Source: a virus
Length of the DNA: 64,000 nucleotides
IMG/VR virus record: IMGVR_UViG_3300008267_000027
Span: 23,175-87,174 of that record
Reading direction: 5' to 3' (one strand)
Made by a program: the position numbers and the translations under genes. Under the pieces are notes generated by a model. It was given only the letters and a program-made list of their open reading frames with translations, searched no databases and was not told where the DNA came from. Shown piece after piece: positions 33,601 to 40,200 of this stretch; within the stretch, counting starts at the first letter, position 1, and every line of letters starts with the position of its first letter.

Positions 33601-34222
33601 TGAGTCAGCTAGAGAAGCAGGGTATCTTAAAAAAGAAGAGTATAAATCTAAAAGAGCTACACAGTTTATTGGTAAAGGTGCCTTTAATAAAAATGATGAA
33701 CCTAGTAGTACAGAGAGATACCGTGAATTGTATGCTGAATATGATTTAGCTAACACTGGAGATTATACATCTGATGATATAATTTGGGTTTCTGTTAATG
33801 GTAATAGAGCTGGTAGAGTTAAAGCTATAGTAGATGGTAAGCTTCAGGGTGAGTATAAGAATATTGATACAGCAATGAAAGCAGGGGCTTCTATTATAAT
33901 GGATACAGCTGAACACTTAGCATCTAATAAGTATAACATTGGTGAAAAAGAAGTTTCAGAGTATCTTTCAGATAATGGATACACCAGAGATGATAAGACT
34001 GGAATATGGACTCCAAAGTCTAAAATGAAAAAAACAGAAGAACCTCCAGCACCTGTTAAAAAATTCTCATTGGGTCTTGGTAAATTAAAGATTGATGTTA
34101 AAGCTTTAAGAGAGCAGGCAGCTACAGAGTTTGTTTCAGATGAAGAGCTTAATAAAGAAAAGTTTGAACCAGGTACTGAAGAAGAAGCTAGAAAAATAGA
34201 TTGTAGTAAAAAGAAAAAATAA
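18698..34222 (+). CDS. Virion-packaged DNA-dependent RNA polymerase polyprotein (crAss-like), with zincin domain
   Basis: 5174 aa; ARIPGQDKHS..DFLP..SGADNDVDK (DxDxD at 29462-29476) matches the two-barrel RNAP catalytic region; SDGQ motif upstream; HEAFH zincin at 24683-24697. Confidence 0.85.
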   Translation: MADNQNLSDNLVPSTESSLLNYGPDLLPVNDLPKVPSYETPAISMQDGADPFADLYTDFDKKFNQTLAKTDYAKQGAVTEFPAEKMQFEKWYQSWDYSDKGFIPWRDNQDVYDSDTNTFKELYRATHYMGPLFFDGFMSGLRTIPDLTEGLFTGNWDAFFNVDEIGAIKQERAYRMGTSTAGGLSTFATGLGIAASNMAGTLIEAQAETALLAFITAESGGATAEVTLPAIGMKWTKVGATIANGFKNISNATKIFKDADKMRDAYRSFKLGEATWTATKGLGKFLNPASNMVEYGVKLYKGEEAFSATKGFGAFFRDFQEMKFALGEAKLEGGTGELQLRDELVNDYMSKNDGRLPDYDTSIKIGEVAKLNGDAITKTNLPVIYYSNRIGFGNLFKGVPGLNKLMAESESSMFKYVDFDTFKDEFVKNIGGTSFKKAYRSGIAGLANYTKANFMEGIQESLQDVISSSSTEYYKKQFFNPSYGGLQVIKGDILNAFGQQVSGQGLSTFLGGFVMGAIPGSVMGGAARAQGLYYRLTNKEGWAEFKAKREAMVDDYVAQLNQVYKDPLKFFDFEMINAGRQGEFAKFMSQATLNKNDKSFYDIKNEQAFEHLYTVLRSGKLELFKDRINTISKLKDEELKEALGFDVEDPNVLRQRIQDINKKIDYIQKRYEISQEKLKNPINLNGLKKDTPEYANAALQFIAFEDARKQAIFAGYSFDRNAERMASILKDINDVKVLSKTSFLDFNILTNPSFYNKEIELLQKEITENKKSDDPSIKELAKQKQLRLDALKKWKSAMISKGAYPFITKNVVDPVTGKKVKQQEVNPQHEAFRTKAQEAFINYAEREGELVDDSVLKDGVNEAFTKFMDYHALYQEQPNLMKSVNIMADPQSFLNLYESHLDEIKKIYSDRDNILRESIQKALSITDENNLINELAKLGFVVDPKDPNKYYKVSGDTFELVKKGSKEEKTINTFIEDYKKATEKKAKEKEAAKKKDEGEKGKKEEGKKPTPPVKKKTEEETKEEEPEEEDLPEEETEMVEEGTYDPEATYINDYFKIPLRKINYKIKWADNGQIAYATWSFVGSKEAPNVERSVNTIQDLEEILRLKTLMDYLTKVQKVYKVEITDTEVLTYGRPGSKQQSKEYKYTGVIPAIFSKTEEVPFFYDLLSEDAKYDFDNDFFTEEITDLEDKNKKDFEEIRVLVKSGINDVLDSVRKAIADKTAAMKEVRTVDQKFITSSTNMVKIFTMKDETRENMQKAVFSMSKDEIKSKMTGKIEKIKPGAPEVVFDKTRNKVRLRVLRQSPAVASTILVDGKAIGYPTYPDVYTFEIDGVIKTANELTKKEFYLFAQDTVSYEDYMANYNTSMSVYNAFADLLDDNKSVQVTNEDLQKIFDITPVFGDYAFTKNKITLSKLEKNGTKLIGVIDKNNVAEAIVPGKSLTEVANNRAIINNYINTLETDSATGEIKKFTNQGRYIAVYTLPNGKPAFVEVTSANLEEDGLDTVFSDIAERLQKTYNENVVADKSGKIEEVKNKNFNRGFDTFTEESGRMPFYIAIPQNPQKPDALSYNITLTVTANGSLVVQFVNTQSKDKEYHKAYVEVKYDEKGNPDIEDFNDMLSKVNAEIVNYNGDNKEADLPILKAEYFKESIPKAAKFSDMAEQVTNVSENIFQNTHMIFTPASELTPDVDAASRKTGKKTTIKSSTTEDPLLPVLSIDVLKDLKQAILDAKNITDLEDMFEEAMTPSSEADFEAWVNVKENIEFIQNDPSILAKIQSAKSQKELQEISLRYSLLAYLDAKIKEIEGAQPAEPPKKKRGGLGLSGIKVDKNKLRQQAASENVEDKDTEEEKNSGKIATTSDNKTAQEINDQYLQDKAELESKFVKNSVVTDAVEYDKAITELEKQFKKDIESLKPKRVPRLKIVDRAEFDDVSVEDIDKFRLWMKKTLPTIDVDADMVAENLVNNRVVVGRFLAYVKMTANGPEIKGSIQTSKEAAFKYHEAFHAVFNLFLTDEQIDNLLTLAKYEVNKKLKSEGKVLSEEVEKMRDEHPSYAEMSTEELTDRYLEEYLADDFDTFKMDQSAPGILGKIKQVFAKLLDFINSLLGRQSELKTFYKEIDKGKFANANVQSNRFTKDLALNNNPVIEKYKIKYGYKAIETLNGETIMTPQYVTESDSQRIIGAVVNSFLHRTAKMPEYNKARVLDGILEDMMKLYQIGPKYNNLSIDKLNRLRMFRDIFTSSEAKEDIKKNANVFLDLMGYTQDLEDDTEYENALEDEGERATTEKFGEKFAQGGFKSFSKYARQYIQSTTYEKQDEFGNQYLDEQTQEPLAFGVNAGVIYNGMVKLMSGVTTEEKFIQRLIHFKNAASEQTVAFINKFLEDTGINEESDYTPVKNKRLFNAIYKPFTLFNVSYRSYLIDPKTGKSKSIRANMRDAASNQYNQWQNNFNSNYQDQWTEKKQKRVLELMTSINDGLKGEFAITEEEFLEKAKELKELERLSGIKIVFEYYKYSALATLRENSKRTASPLTKEQIDFVKSFEGVPVLLSEDISEIMITLGKKESPFITFDDVVVDNTPAGQEEDNNYDSDEDEPDEVVSDEDKADDAVKYEKQMNKGNRSRLMRIAEGNSMFDETVLSSSWLNSEFETVSSHQLPNFHLAYLEDTIKNPAALEKKIMEDPFLMDSYIGQEILNNGEFRQMLNRLRIDRIDGITARKLTELQDGTVLANTKLQVNKRDGITYGKFQDREFLLTNMLMYLEDNEVIRKAGGEEIVASRHLIRVIESKNTGDTINMPVISAVVGKGNKLRLSEEAEKIWMQEFMAEFNRINRVWSERNNPERDIIDNYNDFDNPNSQMRGVKFRTFEDFLGPKMEEYRAIAMSDNPVLNARQKDQLVKIFNEYLLGDEENGGMVDEFIYMLDDAGIIKVMPGGKIMNKMLPAEIYGVKMKNPTDRMNKLFLGTDFKANLAQIFINDYLNTISINKLYYGDQAMSLIDFVDSVKRAAGAAGSGHHMATSLIDESLGINHSHQNSHAITHIDPIYEGKYSKSKKQKWSDGQTWSTVKTARYNAFGLGRLDEYKAQIFDKLERGVPLTAEEIFGINGTIENNAQLKVEKLVYFDGKQYIKTSVFFLTKELTSQLKLSAKRKIDALLAKAAESKLTEKEYLEEAYALQRDNNNWIARPGREILHNKRVEMEKFQDENATTVYSFPASASKMMKRNVSQSLEDFAVSQKQAYKLDNRYMRLQLENTTNKKGGINDSTQMQNIIDAEQNPNTKVTYKGESGVKVKDVIKDYQEALAQKAKVSYLLARNSIFSFEDASKEFEVSVKGGEVTPKLAKFQKKAIENLKKSGASQQLLEFFELQKDPETGEETPSYDLNSPYTRKKYEQLFLAYFRKDVLQQRTPGQALTLTSDWGAYPLKRAKRILDGKVVEWEVVRVDQQEVSGKEYRPMSDREKLENKVSIEEGQLTDEERYEMFVRGEKIPSGVDDYEFFHKSIDDVTEVGQLFTDRLRHNWPVYDEAGNVTGYKSEFMMPHHFKESMEIGPDNELPQDILEAFAARIPGQDKHSAASLDLVDFLPAHYGSMTMLPREVAEISGADNDVDKAYTQFSDFYVKRDREGNPEFIKYGTAVEDADRFVEFFLWNIANNKNLNSEIRDIKEGDENYKKIKTLLDKLYIAKEHILNYKKAGQEYLEELHQVDRAITFMSKVDNLDETSDALEEDYILAEYNKVRGRAAEFVKERILKLDDLISDITREVRRSGSNISVVKNRINEVKREKLLIERVIQMEAMENLNLPTDVEQFLDFEDNLNGEVNIGSLNNTILEAKRVLLTNDYMQEDDRAFEVADQGVLEDLEKDKDIAPYTTPDSTIDNDNYVGKTLAQRNNKEGSRNIGSVVNGQMSNLFLMKNNVKFRRKDADKANQVYILSIDGTEFDTYANERKALITDDYEVVPNFKSKKTRRVMNAGSGYVSVMTDNAKDRRSAKFNLNINAAAIAMDLNGRGIPDKLIAALMLNRNVKAYYNKLKDEKYAINQSEQRTSKKKIAAEMMESLIKKAGGDKAEIKPLTARMILDGISNPTPETDLSIFHHFLNIEKQSKAHGVLAQILKLTKGPTADMNDWDSLIADAYTYLGVGMTNEQFEKSDIPFDVRKLVLESSPVIAMYWKINSQIHDEIGKTVLISRSKIFKAAKNAILGQMRIQYSLAEKVESKLENTLIMYFALRGYIKTLRTYDDELLTVLDNNLVYGTHKGSENITDIIKEARRNNPDNYLINKYLRLTPKTVMQGGKEIINKDNKKKIHTLEPSTYGVLDDYMMQKIHDSFMDLYEKDRKAALSIFAYSIIKDATLFSPNGIMHIFPPHLFKELMGDVMFNVGTIFKKDNLEEYLSQGKKARDFANLFDGTFKEVVADFMEGYLRHVETKYHLKTFNVSSPEVTDKKNKKKEEEEKDLPIRFTVDEVGKLDRNQIIVDLFTNVKPTKVKYKKKAEEDPDSDEESNVEESSKAKYKLDAKAKKQLGDNIKALKKFPYSLFVTNDDQGNIGLQLPYSFKVKTRKGFDVYVLQNITKISDQDKMENARLADVLTDNFNIVAPRAIYKLVEAEGAYGTTPIGRVFGEVPTYSSINDPELIAAEKKALEETPTEEVEEDDEESDLDVSSPDKPLKRPSNVDEEEEPMAQKRDISFLKSKGISVSLKGGEYIYKKNGKVYEFNGSPRELADFFDEDGKLNEKISGKKVAGGKELKSSKKKFYDPAYFPGGKKGKRTGYIPTVSKLQKIEDDEITQKMVDKLLEQDDISTITHYDGKKFVKYIGSKFNQYGIYKTKVEGMSAINLIRSGIKTEINIGVKEHIRDINELFVMEDTEQNSPTFGEQVLLRAVTAPYKSNKKSFNAHQGWDSSVWENRKDMIKKYNELSFRFEYVGDIVDGELVLPEGTPVKTKEKKTTTPSKTEQTKKPVPSAFKKDTYEPEAGSIQETITNRLEETMSESAREAGYLKKEEYKSKRATQFIGKGAFNKNDEPSSTERYRELYAEYDLANTGDYTSDDIIWVSVNGNRAGRVKAIVDGKLQGEYKNIDTAMKAGASIIMDTAEHLASNKYNIGEKEVSEYLSDNGYTRDDKTGIWTPKSKMKKTEEPPAPVKKFSLGLGKLKIDVKALREQAATEFVSDEELNKEKFEPGTEEEARKIDCSKKKK

Positions 34223-34228
34223 TATATA

Positions 34229-37200
34229 ATGAGTTGTCAAGTAATTAGAAATACAGATACTAATGAGATTGAAAAAGTGTTGGCTCCTAATGGTAAGGAG
34301 TCAATGCTATATAAAGATATCAATAAATATATTACTAGTAAAGAAGAAGCACTTCTTGCTTACGCTCAGATATATACACCAAGTTTTAAAGAATGGTTTG
34401 GTGATTGGGAAGGTAAAGAAGAATCTAAATCTGATCTTTTACTAAATGCGTATAATAATGTAGACATTAGTAATGCAGAAAAAGATGACTATAAAATAGT
34501 AATTAATGATAATCTTTATCTTGATAACTCTGAAGGTAAAGATTCTTATTATGGATACTGGATGCCTATAATGTCAGATGGTGAAGATATAGGTAGAATA
34601 AGATTTGAACAAAAATTAAATGTTATTGAAAAGGAAGGTAAACCTGTAAAAACATTTAGTCCAAATATACAAATTTATGATAAAAGTAATCAAGGAAAAG
34701 GTATAGGTTCAAAAGTACATCTTGCACTTTATAAGTATGTAAAATCTATACACCCTAATGTACCTTTTGTATCAGATGTTCAAAATACAGTAGCTGAAAT
34801 GGCTTTACTAAAATCTTTTGAAAGAGAAGGAATAGTTAAGCAAATAAATCCTATTGGTGAAATTAGTGAAAAATATGGTAACTACTCTGTAGAAAATGCT
34901 CCATTTATATTTAATGATGAGTATTTTAAAAAAGAAACTAAAGAAACATCTGGTATATCACAAGTAGTAGATGAAAATGGTGAACCTAAACTTGTATTTC
35001 ATTGGAGTCCTGTTCAAGGTATTGAAAGGTTTAATCTTGCAGGTATAGGGTCACACTTTGGAACCTTTGAGGCAGCTGATCAAGTGAATGAAGCTAAGTC
35101 TAAAACTAAGTTTACACTCGTTGATGAAGAGATGGGTACAGAGGAAGAAGTAGAAATTAAATCTGAACCTGGAGAATTTTACCCAGCATTCTTAAATCTC
35201 AGAAATATGTCTGAGATTACAGATAAGGGTCAACATACAGAAGAAAAAGATGGTCCTGAAGCAAAAACTTTATTAGATGAAGGTTATGATGGGTTCTTTT
35301 ATACTAATCAGTATGAGGATATTGGATCTACTTCTTATGTAGCTACTGAAGAATCTCAAATTAAATCTTTATATAATAAAGGTGCTTTCTCAAAAGAGTC
35401 TGGTAATATATACGCTAATGTAGAACCTAACGGACAACTTAATGACCCTGTTACAGCTGCTGCTATAAAAGAATTACAAGATAAAGGTTTTTTATCTCAG
35501 ACAGCAGATGGTAGAAGTGGGGCATACTATATATCTAAACCTGGGTCTACAACAACTAAAACAGCTGACCTAATTGATGAGATAACAGAAATAGAAAGCT
35601 TATTAGAATCTAAGAACATTGAGTATAAAAGAATAGGAGATACTATTAGGATATATGGTCTACCTAGGTATAATTATTCTTATAGTTTTGTAAGTTTAGA
35701 TACAGAAGAAGATCAGATAAACAATATAGATGATCTTAAAAAAGAATTAGGGATTAGTGGTAAATCACTTTCTGTAGCAGAATTTAAAGATGTTAACAGA
35801 AGTGTTAAAGCTTTTAATGAACAAAAAGATACAAATTATCTTATAGTATCCGATCAAAATACAGATGGTACAATTACTATTAGGAATATTGTAGAGGATA
35901 AAACATTAAATAGAAGCACTCTATCTGTGACACAAGAGTTGATGGATAGACTCCAGGCATTGTTTCCTGAGATTAAAGTGCAGTATATAAATCAAAATGA
36001 AATAAGTAAATATACTAATGGAAGGTTTACTAATAACGATCCTAGTCTAAACTCTTTTGTTAAAAATGGAGTAGTATATTTAATTAAAGATAGATTTACA
36101 GGAGATATTGTAGTTGAAGAATTCTTACATCCTTTTGTATCATCTCTTATTGCAGATAATCCACAGCTTGCTGATTCTTTATATTCAGAAATATCTAATA
36201 AATATTCTGATATAATAGACATGGTTGAAGACACCTATGTTGATGGTTTAGGATTTACAGAAGAAGACCGTAGAAATGAAATCATAACTAAAGGTTTACA
36301 AAGAGCTTTTTCTGAAAGGCTCCATAAATCCTTCAAGTCTAAAGATAGGACTATGAAAGATTTGATTGAAACCTTTATGGATTGGGTTAGAGATTTAATT
36401 AGAACTATAACTGGTAGAAAGAAATTGTACACAGGGGAACTGTCTACAAAAATGTCTGTTGATGATATTATTAATATGTTGGATAGTAATATTCAGATAA
36501 AACTAGGAAATCTAAATCCTAATGTGTATGCCAATCTATCTCAAGAGAAAATTGATATTTTAAATTATTTAGTAAAGAATGCTACAGCAGAACAAAAACA
36601 GATTGTAGAAGCTTTATTTGATAATGGTATTGTTCATGATGAAGTGGACCACACTTATCAAAAAGTTATACTAGATGAGAACGGTGATATAGAAGAAGTA
36701 ATAGATTATACATCTATGACAACTGCTATAAAAGGTCCATTTGAAGATACTGCGTATGAACTTAATAGAGATATTGGTACTGAGTTTGACTTCATAATGA
36801 ACTCTGTAGTTATGGGTGAAGACTTTAATGTTATTCAACCTCAACTTAAAGTTGTTAATGAAGAAACTGCAGCTAAGTTCTATGACATGATTTCAAATGT
36901 TATAGTTGGTTTAAAATCATCAGGAGCTATTGTTGTTCCTCAAATAGTGGTTGGTTCAGATGCAGATGCTATTGCAGGTAAACTGGATTTACTTATTGTA
37001 GAGCCATCTGGTAAGATGAGAATTATTGACTTAAAAACCAGTGCTACCAATGACGTTAAAAATAACCCTAAAAAGTATAATAAAAAGTATGAGATAGACA
37101 ATGAACAGTCTATGTTAAATGGAGAAAATCTATCTAACAGAGACCTTCATGGTTTACAGCAACAGGGTTATAAAAGAATGATAGAGCTTGATGCTAGACT

Positions 37201-40200
37201 GACTGAATATGAAGTGGAGAGTGTTAAAACATTGCATTATAGATTTGAGATTAATGATGGTAAAGCTGTTAATATAATATATGATGATTTAGTAGATCAT
37301 ACAGATGGTCATTATGATGAATTGTTAAATAAAATTATTCCATCCCAACCTTTAGAAAGAAGTACAGGTCTTTCTTCTAGTCTTTCTGCAGAAGCTGCAA
37401 AACCTGAAAATAAAGAAACAGTTAGAGAAATAAGAGACTTGGTAAAAGATGCTTCTAACATGCTTCAAAAAAGAAGAGAGTTTTACCAAAAAATAAATGA
37501 GACTTCTAAAGGTAAGTTTATTGTTAGTAAAGAATATTTAACAGCATTAGATGAAATAATTGCTACTATTAATGAAGCGGTTTTAACTGGAAAACCATCC
37601 TCTGCATACTATCAATTAGTTAAATATATCAATCAGGATGTCAAAGATAAGTCTAGAACTATTGGGCAGATGACTGATCGATCTGAAAGTCTTCAGTTTA
37701 TGTTAGAGGCGGAAAAAGACCTTATGACATATAAAGATCTATTACTACCTCCTAAATTATATTTAAATAATAAAGTGATTGATAAGCTTGCAAAAGATTC
37801 ATTAAACACTATACAGCAAACTTTAGATCTAATAGATAATCAAGTTCAACAGTTTACAGTAGATTTCGTTGCTAATAATACTAGTAGAAACTTAACAAGA
37901 GAGGAAGTAGAAGGTATTATAAAAGAAGCAGAGGATATTAGCATGCACCAAAGTTTATTTGGTGATCTTTCAACCAGTTCTGATACTATGCTATCAGTTT
38001 TAGATAAAGTTTATAAAAGAAAGCGTCAAGAAGTAATTGACTTTGTACAGAAGTTAGAAATTGAAATTAAAACTGCAGGTAATAAACTAGCATCTTTAAC
38101 CACTGATAAAGATAAGATGTATGACTTTATGATTGGTACTGATGATCAAGGTAATCCTACAGGTTACACTGTAGATAAAATAGGAAAACAGTATTGGTCA
38201 AAGAAGAGAGAAATAAAAAATAAACTTATTGATCCTGAAACTAAACTTAGATATAAATATAGAGATGTAAGAAATCCTAAAACAGCATCAAAAGAAGATA
38301 TAGAATTCAATATGAATTTGAAAAAACTTAGAGATGAAGAAGCTGAGTTTAACAAAAAAGAATATTTAAATGCAAACGGTGAGCTAGTTGATGGTCCATA
38401 TCATAAATATACACAAGAGTTTAAAGAAGCTAGAGCTAAAGTAATGAGACTTAAGATACGTAAAAACTCTTCTGGTGAAGCTACTGGTTTTGAATGGATA
38501 CCTAAAAATGCTGAGTCAAAAGAATTTAAAGATTTTGAAAGAAAGTATTATAGTCAAGAGACCACTTATCTATCACCAAAATATGAGTATGATAAAGCAT
38601 CAAAAACATATATATTTAAAGGTAGAACAGAAGAGGCGTCTGGTAGATTTGTTAAGTCTGAATATGTAGAAGTTAGAGAAATTGCTGAGAATGGTGAGGA
38701 TATGCGTGATGAAAAGTATGTAAATATAATGAATGATAACTCTGAACTAGGAATAGCTAGAAGAGAATATTATCAAACTTGGAAAAGATTATATGGTGAA
38801 CTTTTAGAAAAACTTCCTGATGGTGTAAAGATGAAAACTAGATTACCTGTTATATCTTCTGGAATGATTGCTAAAGCAAAGAAGATGGGAGGAGGTTCTA
38901 ACTATTTTAAAAGTATTTTAAAAGGTGTTGGTAGGTCAATTAATCCGTTCTCTAAATCTACATTCCATCATTCTGTTATACTTGATGAAGATGGTAATGT
39001 TGTAAGTAATATCCCTGTCTTCTATACAAGTGATTTAAAAAGTGAGTATGTTATAGATAAGGTTAAAGAAAAGATAAGAAACTTAAATGAGAGGTGGGCT
39101 AAAAAACTACCAGATGATGATGGTAGTATTTTAACTTATGATGAGTATAGACAAAAACTTGACAAGCTTACTAAATCATTAAAGATAGAACAAGGTAAAA
39201 CATCAGCTAGTGAAATCAGTACTGAAATGACTAACAATCTTGTTCAGTTTGCTGAGATGGCTGAAAACTTCCAGGTGATGAGTGCATTTGAGTCTACTGT
39301 TATTAGCGTACTAAGAACATTAAAAAATAGAAAAGTTACAAAAAGAGATCCAGAAGGTAATTTTATAACAAATAGTTTAGATAAAGCTACTGCTAAGTTT
39401 AGAGGTGATGACTCATTAACAGAACAAAGACTTAGAAAATGGATGGATATGGTGCTCTACAACTCTAAAAATCCATATAGAAGTAGAATGGGTAACTTTG
39501 TTGCAAAGGTTAAACTGTTGATGTCTATTAAAGGTGTGGGATTAAACCCTTTTGGTCAGCTTAATAACCTAAAAATGGGTAATATTAACAATATGGCTGA
39601 AGCTGCTGGGGGTACAATATACAATAAGAATGATTATAAAAAAGCTGTAAAGGCTTTTACTGTTGATTATCTACCTGCATTTTTATCTGCTAAAAAAGAT
39701 TATATACTATCTAGAGGTAAAGATAAAAATGGAGACTATTACAGTATGCCTAAAAGTCTTACCAAATATGATGCGTTAGCTAATAAGTATAGAATGATGA
39801 GAGCTATGCAGAGTAAAGATGGTATTGAAGGGTATGAAGGTAAGACAATGGATATATTATTTATGATGCAGCATGGTGCTGAATTTTCTGTACAGACTAA
39901 GTCTGGAATAGCAATATTAAATAATAAAACATTTACTAATAAAGTTACTGGAGAAAAGATTAGTATATACGATGCTCACTCTTTTGATCAAAAAACAGGC
40001 GAGCTGTACTTAGATCCATCTTTATATGAAGAGACAGATCAAGATAGATATGATATGACTAATCTTATTTATGAAACCAATAAGCGTTTACATGGTAACT
40101 ACGCATGGGAAGATAGAATGGTTATTCAACAAAATCTCATAGGGGAGTTGGTAGCTCAGTTTCATAAGTGGGTGTATCCTTATTGGAGAAGATTCTGGGG

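Noticed and set aside
1418-38669. Short antisense or out-of-frame ORFs inside the large plus-strand genes (e.g. 1418, 9193, 10053, 17257, 24295, 35992)
   Set aside because: Fully nested in well-supported genes, with shadow-like composition and no motifs
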